DNA of 63,821 nucleotides, the filler included, from Phoronis australis (lineage: Eukaryota; Animalia; Phoronida): NCBI GenBank assembly GCA_002633005.1. It is 11 parts of 11 records of this genome, joined end to end, with 100 filler letters (N's around TTAATTAATTAA, not from the genome) between each part and the next. Parts side by side here need not be neighbours in the genome. Positions count along the whole stretch, not along the records: positions 35,096 to 56,085 come from NMRA01001257.1; positions 56,186 to 59,744 come from NMRA01000099.1; positions 59,845 to 62,194 come from NMRA01003720.1; positions 62,295 to 63,821 come from NMRA01001861.1; 7 more parts are not named here. The stretch is one strand, 5' to 3'. The notes beneath the pieces were generated by a model. That model was given only the letters and a program-made list of their open reading frames with translations. It ran no database searches and had not been told where the DNA came from. Each line of letters begins with the position of its first letter. The stretch's first letter is position 1. This document shows positions 50,008 through 63,536 of the stretch, one piece after another. A program made the translations under genes and the position numbers.

Positions 50008-50459
50008 GTATTTATTAAAATGCGGTCAGGTATTCATTTCAAAACGCAGTGAAAATGTTCTCCAAAGAAGAATTTTACAACGCAGCGTTTTCACAATATT
50101 TGTAATTTTTGAAATTTATATTCCTTAAAGTTTTATGTAAAATCATTATGTTTTGTTTTATGTTTTATCATTGATATTCCATATTTTGTACTTTGATTTA
50201 GCCCGTTAGAAATATGCAGAAATGTGGGAGTGACAAAATTATTATTTTTTTGTAACAGATTCCAGGTGTACTGATTTCAGTATACGGCGTAACTAAATGT
50301 TTTTACTGGATTTTGAATGCATCAAATTAAAAATTTTAGTAAAATAACAATGAAAAACAATTGTCGTACACTGTGGGATAAAGTATGAATATCACCGCAT
50401 GCTCACATAGTTTTCTTTTCATCCACTAGTGCTCATTTAGTTTTCATTTCTTTCGCTAG

Positions 50460-50780
50460 GAGCCCACTGGACATTCGACATCGTAAAGATGGTGATAGCT
50501 GGATCTGCCGAGAATGTTACAGCGTGTAAAGACAACCATTTCTATGAAGTCACTCCGTTTTCAGAAATGGGGGCCTTGTCGAGTCCACGTGTCATTGATA
50601 CCCATCTACCATTGCACCGGATACCACGTGATATTTTAGACAAAAAGTGCAGAGTCATATATAACATTAGAAATCCAAAAGATATTGCTGTTTCTTATTA
50701 TAACCATATCAAGAGTATGGTATTTTATAACTATACCGGATCATTCAACGGCTGGGTGAAGATGTTTCTGGATGGAAAAG
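50460..50780 (+). CDS. Sulfotransferase exon 2
   Basis: AHWTFDIV...SPRVIDTHLP...RNPKDIAVSYYN (3'-PB motif)...MFLDGK; ctag / gtaatt. Confidence 0.94.
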
Positions 50781-52444
50781 GTAATTCATGTGTCACATTT
50801 GCTTTAAATAGTTGTTTTCAGTTTGCAGCAACCTAGTACCCTAACATTTAAAGTACTAAAAACATTGTAACACAATTTGATTTTATAAACATTCTGCTGT
50901 CTGGAACGGTCCACTTGCTTCTTCGCCTTAAGTTTCCTTAAATGACAGTGCTCGGAGGTAAAGCTAAAATTGGCCTATATAACTTAAAAACGTCTTTTGA
51001 AGCCAATGTGTTCATTTTCAATAATTACCGGCTTAGGTAGAGTACAAAGGGGATGGAGCTTCACGCAACCGCTAGAAACTCCACACTATCATTTTTAAAT
51101 CTATGACAGGATATTCCTCGACATTTGACAAGGATAACAGAACTTTATTTTATGTCAAAGACTTAGTAGTCAAATCATAGCAGTAAAGATGTTTTAACGG
51201 CCCAAAACTTGGTTTGGTATTTCTTTAAGTGTTTAAAAATGGCGACCTATATTTGAACTGGGCTACTTGGTTTGACCATTCAGTCGCCCAGAGTGGCGTG
51301 CGGGCTTTTGAGGCGTTCAGCAACGGTTAAGCTCAGTAAAGTTGAGCGCAGATATGGCGCGAAGATGTTTGTACGCTATTGCGCAAGCGCACATAACATG
51401 ATCGCTTCCGCCTTACCCAGTTTCGTGTTTAGACGTATAGTTGACAAGGCGCTAGATGATCGGACGCAAGTTGCTCTATTTCAAAACCTCACAGGTGACA
51501 AAAGTTGTTACCGTGGTGTCATTTAGTTCTGTGCCTGTCCCGTTTTCACATTTAGTTGCGCTGGCTCCCTGCGTGTCCGCAGGTATCATTTAATTTTCCT
51601 CCGGAAATTTTGGGAGAAATTCTTTACACCGACGATTCTGATTGGCTGGTCGAATTGTCAACAGGTAGCGCTTTACGTAAACAAGCCGGCATAACTGATG
51701 GAGGAAGTGTAAATGTGGATATAGTTTGTGGTATGTTGTACGGACAAATCGGGATATGTTCAAGAATTGTGAATCTGAAAGTTGTGGTTGTGCCTTTTGG
51801 GTGTGCATTTCTCTACTGTCGCTTACTTTTTTACGTTGCTGCCCTAGCTGTATCCACACAGTATGCATAACACACCGGTTAAATCGACCACTCAGCTAGT
51901 AAACATTACTGCAGAAACGAAATATTTGCAGTAGAGAGAAAACTTTGTTCGCAAAGATGTTGACAAGGCTAAAAATCGTTCGCAGTCCGCCATTTTCTTT
52001 CTTTGACGTAAAGCTAACCAATGACTGCCGAGATTAAAACGTGTGCTGCTGAATGATATCTGCATGACCTCTACCCCCTGGCGGGCACGCTGGGAACCAG
52101 CGAGTGTTGAGTAACGCTAGTGTCTCGATAGAAAAGCAACATCTCGCGAGATGCTGCGAGACGTCGCAGTGTAGTTTCGATAAGAGCTCGTGATTTGGTT
52201 AGATTTTCTCGCCTCGGGATAGTTATTGAACTCTACCCAGGATTGCGTTCCGTTTCAATATTTTCTAACTATTTAGGTGAAATCACGTAAATCTTCATGA
52301 GATATCGCCATGCATGGTCTTACTAGCTTTCACTCGTTAGTATACGTTGCTTAATGGCACGTCCTCCTGGTGGATTTGAAAGTCATGCAGCTAAGCTTGC
52401 TTAAACTGCTGAGGAATAGTACGATAATGCCAGGATACTTTCAG

Positions 52445-52542
52445 GAGAATACAATTCCTGGTTTGACAACACTATTCCATGGTACGAGTATTCTAAAAGC
52501 CATCCCGAAGTTCTGGTTCTAAAGTACGAAGACATGATTAAG
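52445..52542 (+). CDS. Sulfotransferase exon 3
   Basis: GEYNSWFDNTIPWYEYSKSHPEVLVLKYEDMIK; tttcag / gtattt. Confidence 0.92.
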
Positions 52543-54565
52543 GTATTTAAGGCGAATGTGATCTATTAATGTTTACATTTCGGTTTAATATTGTAAACCT
52601 CGTTCTTGCATTTTATTGTAAATGAACGTTAAGCCCGCTGCAAACCATGCTACTAAATGACGTCATCGCGTTCTAATCCCTTGTCTGAGATGATTGGTTC
52701 CATCTAAAACACCTGGGCATCCGTAGGTCGTCGTAATGCTTCCGTCACTGAAACTAACACGCCGTGTCTGGGCGTCACGGTGATCTGAAACAATTACTAC
52801 CTGTCTAGTTTTTCTAGTTCATGAAAATCCTCATAATTTATGGCCTGAAACAAAAGTCCCGGTTTATTGCATGTTTTAACATTTACTTAAACTTTTGTTA
52901 CCGTTGTAGTCGTGTAGAGGAATAATTAAAAATTTTATGTGCATATCGCACAACATTGTTAATTCTTGGTTTCAGATATTTTAAGAATTCTCATGATCAG
53001 TTTTATTATCATTCCAAAGTACCTAACTACTTTCGTAACATGTTTTGGGGGATTTCAAAATCGAATTTCACCATGACTTGAAAGGTTCGAAAGTGTGATT
53101 GGTGCACACCTATCAATTTACAAATGTCACCGACCGTTAACATTTCGTAATGAAAACAAAAAAAAATAACTATTCATGGGAAGAAATTAATGAAAGACAT
53201 TTTTGTTACGAATTGCTATTAACTCGTAGATTAACTAATAAAACATCACTTTATTATATCATGACTTCATGGTCTGAGACAGGAAGCTGATGACAACAGG
53301 AAGTAGATCTGACTAACCTCTCATTACGACTAAAGTCCAATACTCCGAAGAAAACGTGTAAGATCGAACATCACGTCACAATTTTCTCTAACTATGATAA
53401 GTAGAATTTATCGAGTACACGACAGTGTTTCATGCATAATCTTTCGAACTCTTGATATATTTGTGGGTGTTCCAGAGAACAGACATACAGCAGATCACGA
53501 GGAGAAATAACCATGTATAAAATGACGGCTATTATTTCGAACCGGTCTCATTCCAGTCAGGCAGTGTTTCATTCCTCAAAATGAGTCGGGCAGGGCTTCA
53601 TCCCAGTCAGGCAGGGCTTCATCCCAGTTAGGTACAAATAAAATAACACAACTTTAACTGCAGCAGGTCACAAAATGTCATAACGCACTCGGTTGCAAGT
53701 CAATGGTACTCCCTAAAATACAGACGCAATGGGACGCACAAAATGAATAATGCCGGGGTAGGGCGCACTCACGTCAGATGCCCCCGGCGGTAGGGCGCAC
53801 TCACGTCAGCTGCTCCTTCAACCGGGTTCAACTCACAAACTATAAGCAGATAATCTAACATTTTCAGTCTATGGGCGACACGTTCAATATAACCAATTAC
53901 AGTGTTTTCTGTTATTCTGCAGTCATGCCGTTGTAGAAAATGGCATTGTATTCTAAAATGCACCGATGCTTCGTTTTGACGATTACATTCGTCCAGAGGA
54001 CGGAAATAATAAAATTTTAACTAACGATCACAATTTTTGGCGGAGCTCATTTTTCACTATAGTGGCTAGATTTCATGAGTTAGTATTATGATAGTGGAGA
54101 TGGCTCACCTCGGGATTTATAACTTTAGAGTCCCAGGGTTGCGTTGCTTAGACGCAAAAACCTTGTGAAAAGCAGTCATTAAGTCACATGTTGAGTGAAA
54201 TTGATTGTTTCGCAACTATGCTCAGGAGCTTACCTGCGTACCCTAATTTAGAGGAAGACTAGTGGCGCCAATCAAGTAATTGGTGAGAGGTTGGAATGTT
54301 GAATTTTGGGATATAACTCACTGCTTACGTTCGATAAGTGCTGCGAGGTGAGTGTCTCAGGTCTACGGAAAGCATTCCAGAACTTGCTTCATAACAACAA
54401 AGGGATTTCGCCTCCACTCGTCAATTTTTTTAATCGTAAAATGCAATCAGTCAGCTTTTATGAAGCGGGCACCAATGCCGTACTGTGATCTCCGTCATTT
54501 TCGTATTAGTTGATGAAAAAGTTTCCAAAAAGTGTGTTTGTATTTGTCTCTCCATCTCTTCAAAG

Positions 54566-54737
54566 GACCTTACGTCTGCTGTTCGAGCTGTTGCGAAGCA
54601 TCTGGATCGACCAATATCAGAAGAGTTGTGCCAAGCAATAGCACGCCAATGCTCGTTTGGAGTCATGAAGACAAGGAAAAAAGACACGGAAAGATCCGAC
54701 TGGTTTAACAACGAAGACGGGACATTTTATAGAAAAG
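54566..54737 (+). CDS. Sulfotransferase exon 4
   Basis: DLTSAVRAVAKHLDRPISEELCQAIARQCSFGVMK...TFYRK; caaag / gtttct. Confidence 0.92.
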
Positions 54738-55905
54738 GTTTCTTTTGCAAGTAGAACAAATTTTAAATCCAGTTGTGTCGTCGTTTAGTTGCATACGTGC
54801 CTGGCTTGCCAAACAGTTCACTCATAAATTTGATAGATCTCTTTAGTTAGGTTTCCCTACGAAGCCGTTTGGATTATTAAACCTTCGGTCACTTTAGGGA
54901 AAACGTCAGTTGACAATGTGGGTGCAAATAGGAATTTGACACAGATTTAGTCTATTGTTGATTTTTTATATCTTGTATTTTTGTCTTAGCCTTGTACAAA
55001 TCAACAAAAATGATGCGGTCGCCTAATTAGTTTTTCCGTTTGTCACCTAGACAGCAGTACCTCTGGCAAAAATTTGAAATTTACTGAAAATGCGCCTCTA
55101 ATTAATGTGGTTATTGAAATCTTTTTGAAAACGTTTCAATTTCGTGGTGCGATGTTAGTTTATGATTTAGCAGCTTTTAGTGCTTTCCGCTCCTGAAATT
55201 TCAACGTTTTGCCTTCTAAACAAAAAGTTACACCCTGCTGTCACTTGTAGCTTTTGTGTTTCATTTTGATGCCCATCGTGTTTTATATGAAACAGGGAAT
55301 GATTTGAAAGACGCCGACTAAATATGAGTTAACTGACGTAAAACGAAAATCGCATTAGGCATTTTACTGTCATAGAGTTCTATTTTATTTTTCAACCCAA
55401 ATCGATTTCAGAATTTTCAAAATCTCAATAGCCTCTGAAGCGTTTTCGTGAGTCGCTGAGGGCACAGAACTAGAGTCCCTTCGTGGTAACGAATACCATG
55501 ACACTGATTTATGCCAGTAAAAGTCTTTATTCGATTTTCCGTTTTTAGCTAGCAAAAGTGGGTAAGATGCTGCTTCCAATCTGATGGTCTTCTAGGTTAT
55601 ATGAAGAATAGTGCAATGAGGATATTTTTTGTTTCTATTAAGAATCGTTTACAGTGTCTACTTATAGGCCTAGGCCTATATGGTGGTGGAGAAGCTAGTG
55701 AAGGGCTACACGACATTTGCACTCATGTTCCTGCCAAAACGATATACGTAGGCTAGCCAACTGGTAACTGAAAAGTACGACTTCAAATAACTTGGATCTT
55801 CCAGACTGCAAGATTACATATTTGTCTTTTTGTAAGCTTATTTTATTGTCTTGTGACTCTTTGTACAGTGACGTCTACTGTAAGTCTGTTAATTTATGAT
55901 TTTAG

Positions 55906-56018
55906 GAAAAGTGGGCGACTGGAAGAAATGGTTCACAATGGCACAAAATGAAGAGTTTGATGACGTCTTCCGACAGCGCATGCGCGATACAGATCTGACG
56001 ATTGAATTCGAAGTGTGA
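55906..56018 (+). CDS. Sulfotransferase exon 5 (terminal)
   Basis: (RK)GKVGDWKKWFTMAQNEEFDDVFRQRMRDTDLTIEFEV*; RKGxxGDW motif. Confidence 0.94.
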
Positions 56019-56187
56019 ACATTGACGTTTCATTTTGTCTGATTTGATGGGCACATTGGCATGCGCGCACCCGGGGGGGGGGGGGNNNNNNNNNNNNNNN
56101 NNNNNNNNNNNNNNNNNNNNNNNNNNNNNTTAATTAATTAANNNNNNNNNNNNNNNNNNNNNNNNNNNNNNNNNNNNNNNNNNNNTC

Positions 56188-56775
56188 TCTAGACTATGCC
56201 GGCAATACTTTCTAGAAGAGTTCTGCATGGCCAGCTGCTCTCCCTATTTAGGTCCATGGATAATAAGCAAAGCAACTGCAGCGCCACCACGGCAGACATT
56301 TAGAAGCGTACCACTATGTAAGAACCAGTGCAAAAACTGGTTTGAAGCGTGCAAGTCAGATATACTCTGTACGCGTGACTGGTCGATGGAGTTCGACTGG
56401 AGGAAACAGACCTGTGATAATGACGAGAGAGCGTGTCAAACATTTGAGGACAAATTTACAACAGCCAAAAGCTTCTGTGAAACTGTGTCGGGTGGAGCAT
56501 ACAAGGTTGTTGAGAATGAAACACCGTGTCTGTTTCTTGTGGAAATTGATATCAATCTGGAAACAGGCATAGCAAGAAGGGAAGCAGAGGACATCCTTAT
56601 CAATATGAGGCATAAGGCAACAGAAACCACAACAGTGGAGCAAACAAGTGTGATAACATCTAGAGCTGGCACTATAAGTTGTTGTCTGCCCCTAGCAGAG
56701 GGATTAATGTTTACTCTAACATACTGGGCAATGCACATTGTGCAATTTTCATTACAGAGCTGGAAATATAACTAA
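56188..56775 (+). CDS. Folate receptor / riboflavin-binding protein family, paralogue A (5' truncated by spacer)
   Basis: CRQYFLEEFCMASCSPYLGPW...VPLCKNQCKNWFEACKSDILCTRDW..FDW..C..ACQTF...FCE; Thr-rich stalk and hydrophobic tail. Confidence 0.85.
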   Translation, partial: SRLCRQYFLEEFCMASCSPYLGPWIISKATAAPPRQTFRSVPLCKNQCKNWFEACKSDILCTRDWSMEFDWRKQTCDNDERACQTFEDKFTTAKSFCETVSGGAYKVVENETPCLFLVEIDINLETGIARREAEDILINMRHKATETTTVEQTSVITSRAGTISCCLPLAEGLMFTLTYWAMHIVQFSLQSWKYN

Positions 56776-57378
56776 CTTGGAGGGATGTAATCCCTAAGAA
56801 GAATAACTGTTCTAGAATAAAATGCAGTGTGGAATCGAACTGGGGATCTCCAGTGAGTCGCAGCCTAAACGATCTGCTGCTGAGCAAATGGTAGAATACT
56901 TTAAGTGTATTCAAATGGCTAAGACAAAGACCTTGATTTCAACTGAACTAAGAGATATCCTGCCACTGTTTTCAAAAGGTGAAATTTTCTGAAATGTTTT
57001 CTTTTTTATTCGTAAATGATCTGGATACGCTCAGAGGCAAAGGAAATAATCATTGGTCTTTTTACGGATAGCTCGACACAACAAAGGACTGATGGATACT
57101 GGTCATCCAAAGAAGAATTGAATATTCAATGGCAAAGAAAATGTTGAGAACCGGTAAATGACCAAGTTTTGATTTTGTCTCGTCGCAAGCCATGTCTTTC
57201 AGTATCTTATACTCATTTATATAGCGGAGTTGACTGGAGAGAAGAGTGTGAGGAGATGGGGTTCTTACTGACCCAAAATTTCAAGCAACTGTTCAGAATG
57301 CCTTACTGCCACTGGTGTGAGAGTGCCAAGAGCACACTGAGCGTTATTTGCTCCTTAACAATATCTACTTACCTAATC

Positions 57379-57933
57379 CCTTAATAAACGTCTTCAACTC
57401 TAAGTCAAATATCAAAAAAACTATGCTTTGTCAACCATTAAAAGTATACATTTTATGAAAGCAGAAAGATTGAGGATTTTAAACATATACTTCTTACTAC
57501 TATTGCAATTGTCAAGTGACCAGGTTTTTAAGTCATTAAAATTTTCTTGTGTATGAAAGCTACATTCGTAGCAAAATAATCCCCTTGACAATTTTACTAA
57601 AACTTTTTTTCATGGAAAACTTTGTTATGTCTCAAATACACTGTTAGTATTTTGCTTTAAAATTCCCAACACCATCTTTGAAACATTACGTATTTTAATT
57701 TAAAAAAGTTCTAGTACAATCGGAAGGGGGATTATTTTGCTATGAATGTACCTTTCTTCCATATAAAAATTATGATATAAAATATGGTCACGTGACAACA
57801 ATGAAGACAACGGAGTAAGAAGCATATTTTTAGAATACTCGATTTTTCTCCTTTCAGAAAATATGTACTTTCAATGAATGCCAGAGCATAGCTTCTTCGA
57901 TATTTGATTTAGAGTTGAGGTTGTTTATTAAGG
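57379..57933. mobile_element. Foldback/MITE with ~200-bp imperfect inverted arms
   Basis: CCTTAATAAAC..CAACTCTAAGTCAAATATC vs GATATTTGATTTAGAGTTG..GTTTATTAAGG; inner tagcaaaataatcccc vs ggggattattttgcta. Confidence 0.8.
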
Positions 57934-58255
57934 TCCTAGATAACTTTAAAGTGATGGGTTGAAAGCTATTTGTTCTCATTAATAAAGGTTGCTTTTGAAA
58001 CATAAACTTTTCTTATTTCATTCCACAATTTGTAAATACTACGTTTAAAAAGCACTCCCATTTTGCCACAAAATTTTGAGAACAGGAAAATGTTAACAGT
58101 TCAGCTATCTTCATTTACAACGTCAAATCAGTGAGATGTATCCCAAGTAATGCCGAGTCAGTTAAGTATCTCCATTGTTATGTGCCGAAAGTTATAGATT
58201 TTTTTGCGAATTTCAACATATTTTTAATTAAACTGCCATTGGCATTTGAAGAAGA

Positions 58256-58400
58256 ATGCCAGACCGCTGTGTAGTGGGAGGTTGTGACAATACACCAAAG
58301 GCTGGGGATTTCACACTGTTCTAAGACTACACCGCCAGTGGGATCGAAGATTGTCAAGTTTACAAGCAAGTTCAAATAGGACGATCGAACCATTCTTTTC
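58256..58400 (+). pseudogene. Degenerate THAP-domain start (transposon-derived)
   Basis: MPDRCVVGGCDNTPKAGDFTLF* fits the THAP N-terminus MP..C...GC.N. Confidence 0.5.
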
Positions 58401-59334
58401 TTTTTGTTTTGAAGAAATTCTTCAATATCGTCGGAAAGATAATGCATCCATCCCACACAACAAAAATGAAAAAATTAACATTTTACTGACAGTGTCTCTG
58501 GAACGCACCTTAGGCCTCAACGCTGTATTTATAACCCACTTGGGATAACCACAAATAGAAAGAAAATGTGCTCTCTCTCTCAGATGGTTTCTTTTGCATT
58601 ACCAGCAGTGACTATGGTATCAGCTCTGTGATGGAATGATCTTTATCACCCCATACTTATGAGTCTGCTGATGGTATGAATCAAACACTAAGTACTGATC
58701 AGTGTGAGTTTTCTTTCAATACACAGAACAGCCCACACTGCCTATTGGATCAAGAGATTACAAACAATCCAGAATTGACAAACAATAATCTTCATACACT
58801 CCTGAGTGGACATAACACAGGTATCAGGTTCGCTAATAAACATAAAGAAACTGTCCTGTTCACTGGTCTGAATGATCACAACATAAGTGTCATCAAGATA
58901 TGTAAGCCATACAGAAGGTTTGACTCCTGTGAACCAGCCTAGTGCTTAATTCTCAAACTCCTCCCTATAAGTTGAAATTCATATGCCTGGATGGATCAAG
59001 ACTTGTATTTCATTAGTGGTCTTAGATAACCTTAATAAAGGGTACTTCAAAAGCAGGGGTAACAGAAAGGCACTGATAGCACAACTTAGCTTTAGAGCTT
59101 CAATTACAGTACAATTTCTCCAGTAAGTGACAATCAATAAAATTTGGGACAACGAAATTCAAGCCAAATAGGAATTTTCTTGATTCTGATGATTAGGACA
59201 TGGGTGATTTTAGAGTTCAGAATAGGCGAGAGAGCTTAAATTTTTTGACATACCCCATGAGTTCATATCTATTCATAGCATAAAAAGGAGAGTACAAACA
59301 CTTCTGGTCAACATAACAAGGTTAATTGCTAAGA

Positions 59335-59744
59335 ATGAACTTCATAATATTACTGCTGGTTTTGTGTAACTCCATCATAGCAGTTGTAGGGAATAATCGA
59401 ATTGATGCATACCAGAAAGTTGAACAATTCACAGACTCTTGTGTGAAGTTCCCCTTCTGGCACCAGCGAATTAAACCAGGAGAAGAGTTGGGGCTAGGTG
59501 ATGCCTGCGCACCATGGAGACAGCGAGCATGTTGCCACGGAAACATAACGCAAGAGTCAAGGTTCACATACCGTGACAATCAGACTGGACGAGGTGTGTT
59601 ACCTCAGCTGTGTGGGAACATGTCCGAAGGCTGCTGGCGAATGTTCATACAAGACCAATGCATGTATCGATGCTCACCCAACTTAACCCCGTGGCTAGCC
59701 ATGGATAAATCTTCCGATGGAATCGAAACCGAGAACGCTAAGTT
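59335..59744 (+). CDS. Folate receptor / riboflavin-binding protein family, paralogue B (3' truncated by spacer)
   Basis: Signal peptide MNFIILLLVLCNSIIAVVG; C..H...PGEELG..CAPW...CC...CGNMSEGCWRMFIQDQCMYRCSPNLTPW. Confidence 0.87.
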
Positions 59745-62700
59745 NNNNNNNNNNNNNNNNNNNNNNNNNNNNNNNNNNNNNNNNNNNNTTAATTAATTAA
59801 NNNNNNNNNNNNNNNNNNNNNNNNNNNNNNNNNNNNNNNNNNNNTTTTTTTTTTTTGCTTTAATCGGAGAATGTTGGAAGTTACTAGGCAAGAAGACGCG
59901 GCTTTACCCTTGTCGCTAGCAGTAGGGGCAGTGGAAGAAAGGGTTCAAAATGAACACAACTGACAGAAAAACAATCGGTTTGACACAAAAACAAGTTGTT
60001 TGCTAAGCAGACATCAAGTGATTCATCAAATAAACAGGTCAAGATTGATATGGTTTTCCAAACGACAACACAACTGAGAGAAAAAGCAGACGGACCTCCG
60101 TGTCCGGTTGCATGCAACAGTACCAAATAGGGACTCAACCAAGTTCCCTGAATATTTTGCATATTTGACGTTTTCATGCAACCGGGCATTTGGCAACTAA
60201 TTAGCCAAGGTTTGTCATCTTCACGTTCGTTGTTCGCGATAAAAAGGAGACGTACATTCACGCACACCTTTAATTGGAAACACTGATTTCTAAGTCACGA
60301 TCGTCTACCTGGACCTTGCGCGCAAACAAGGGGACCGTACAGTGCCGCAGTGATTTATTGTCGGGGATATATTGTTAGCGGATAATAAGCAATAAGGAAA
60401 AATAAATACGTTTTTCCACAACAGAGTTCGGTAAGTTAATCGTTGTCAGATTTAGTACTGTTGCATGGCGTTCACATGAAACTTGCTTCGTCGTGAGTGA
60501 ATCGATAGCGCCCTATCACAGATCTACGTGTTGGGTTCGAAGGGTGCTTTACCTGACACAATTGTTTGGGTTGTAAGCGCGTTATCAATATGATATTTTA
60601 AGTCAGCGATGTTTCCAATTGGTGACGTTCCTTGAGGAAACCACGTAATGCTTGACTGTCCCTACCGGCGATCAGCTATTCAGGCTGTGGTTAGTGCTGG
60701 TCACAAATACATGTATGTTGTCTATACACAAGTCGACTTTGATAGGTAAAGAAAATGAGAGGGGTTTCCGATGTGGGTACATAATATGAGGGACATAAAA
60801 TGTGTAGTAATTAATTAGTGGATGTGTGGAATAAAACGACACGAAGATATGTTTCACAAACGTTTATGTATTTTTAAAAATCTTAAAGGCAGTTGGCTCA
60901 TTTTACCCCATCTTTAAACAGATATAACAGACAGGCTCATTGGATGATGGAATGGCGGGAATGTCCCGCGTCTTGAGTCTACTGATCGCTAGTGCGATGT
61001 CTTCAGTTTTGACAGCCAGGTACTTTGCCCTCTCCCAGGTTATGTCAGAAGTTGACTGTACCGTGTAATACTGATTCCTGGTATGGCGGAAGGGTTTAAA
61101 ACGTGAAAAGTGCCGACCTATAGGGAACGACCAGCAAGATCGCATTTAAGTGTCGGGTATCACTTATCTTCTAACAGAATCGCCCTTGAACCCCTGTATT
61201 TCAAATCGTTTTCATTTTGAGCCAGTGTTGAAAATGGGTGTTGCTAGTTGACTTTGACTGCAGGCCATTATAGTTACTGCTACAGGGTTCCGACATTTCT
61301 GGCGAGTGGCTTGCGATCTAATCTGTCTATTCCTCGAAATTGTTTTTTGTTATTGTCCACTTTACATTTGTGCGTTCTCAAGAGGAGTTTGTATTACTCC
61401 GTCCCCGAGTACATTGTGCTTTATGTAAATAAGTTGCTAGTCATGTTTCGTCTTTGATGTCCCTTAAGCCTGGATAGAATGGTTTGCTTTCTGGGCTAAA
61501 TATTTCAACTTCAATGTATTGTCATGTATTTGTGTACCAATAAAAAATGAGTTTCGAGCTTCATTTTCGAATAACAACTCGAGATTTCGAGTACAAACTC
61601 GAAACTTCGAGCTCAGATTCACATTTTAGTATCAATGGCGTGGTCTAAGTGTAAATAAGAATTAAACAGTTATCTGTGTAAGTCACTATGTACTCATATG
61701 GGGATTGCACAAAAGTAAATAATAAAATGACAAAAATAATTTCGAGTTCGATCACGAGTAAATTAATTAGACCTGGGTCAAGGACGACATCGGTGAAACG
61801 ATTATGGGTGCAGCCTGCATAATACAATGCCTCTTATGTAGCACTTTTAATGAATCTGTGTTTCTACAGATCTGGTTATAATTTGAGGTGTTTTTCGATG
61901 AAATGTCAAATTTTATAATGTAATATTTTCAATAATTGTAACTGATTTTTTTAAATTTAATTCAATTTCTTCCAAATGTCATTTCAATTCGATTTTACCT
62001 GGTCTATGTGCCGATGGCTTTTCTGTTTACTCTTTTACAAAGGTGTCCACGAGGGGGTCTCATTAGAATCAATCCACTGCTGATTGTGAATATACAGAAT
62101 ATTATATAGGCCAAACATATTTGATCCGTGTTCTTGCATTAAAATATGAAATGACCGTTGTTAATGGACTAATTTCAGTACGAGCCACTAGCAGNNNNNN
62201 NNNNNNNNNNNNNNNNNNNNNNNNNNNNNNNNNNNNNNTTAATTAATTAANNNNNNNNNNNNNNNNNNNNNNNNNNNNNNNNNNNNNNNNNNNNCTTGTT
62301 CGCATGCGTCGATCCAATCGCTGTAGACGTCAATAGGCTCTGATAAATCTGACGAGGCAGTCAAGGAAACTGAACTTCAGTCATCACAGTAATTTTTCAA
62401 TAGCCACATCCTGAATTCAACTCTCCTCATTTTGGTTATAGGAAAACATGGTATGATCGACATAATTTTCAAACGCTCTACTGACCAAACTCTAGCCTTT
62501 GAGACCAAACTCCAATCCCAGGGACCAGATTCCTCACCTGGGCCCGGTCTCTAATCTTTGTACTCGAAATGAACTCGAAACTATTTTTGGCAATTTCTCT
62601 GCTCCTTTTGTGCAAACTTAAGATAATTGGTTATCAGACTGTGCTCGAATACATTATAGTTTTTGCATAGGAGTTTCTAGTTCAAGTTTGCCCTTGAAGA

Positions 62701-63130
62701 CCCTTGTATATTCGTGCTACAAACTCGAGCAAAAACTCGAAATTTCGAGTTCAAACTCGAACTTATTGCTTTAATATTGGGTTTACAAACTGTGAACTAA
62801 AGGCAATAAATTATCTACATAAGTTATTGTGTACTCGAGCATAGAATAATAGACACTTATCTTGAGTTTTCCCAAAAGTAGAGTAGAAAATGCCAAACCT
62901 AATTTCGATTTCCATTTCAAGTAAAAAGATTGGAGACCGGGCCCTGGTTCTTCAAAGCCCTAAAAATATGCTTTTAGACGCAGCAGTAAAGGATAAAGCA
63001 TCCATTTTTGATGTTGCCTTTAATGACAATGCATATTCCTTCTTACCTTCTTAAGACATTACTCTGAGCAAATTACTGATCACTTGACCTGTCCAATATG
63101 TGCTATCCATGGAACAATACGAAGTGATGT

Positions 63131-63207
63131 CAGCAGTCCAACAAAGGGCCAGCAGCCCAACAAAGGGCCAGCAGTCCAACAAAGGGCCAGCAGTCCAACA
63201 AAGGGCC
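63131..63207. repeat. 19-bp tandem repeat x4
   Basis: cagcagtccaacaaagggc. Confidence 0.85.
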
Positions 63208-63536
63208 CGCATCTTGTGTCTGCATTCATGTCCTCACTACTGAACATAGTCTGTGCATGTCACTTGTGTTAGCTCAGTGAGAGTGAACACAGAACCAAGA
63301 TGCTGACCCTTTGCCCGCCAATGATATGATTTTCTATTGTTCCACCAACAGGCCTTTATGCAGCGTATGCCCTAGCATGTAATGATTACTAGGAAGCCTA
63401 TGAAGACTCACAGTGGTGGCTCTTTTTTCAAAGCAGGAAGAAATCTACAATGTATATACAAAGTATATACAATGTTGCTACGCTCACACTTGGTTGATAG
63501 CATGGTAAAAGTATTGGTCTACACAGTTTCTTTTTG

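Noticed and set aside
60883-63023. Kolobok element from TTAA-AGGCAG to TTGCC-TTTAA
   Set aside because: The ends match over only ~5 bp and lie on different contigs across a spacer.
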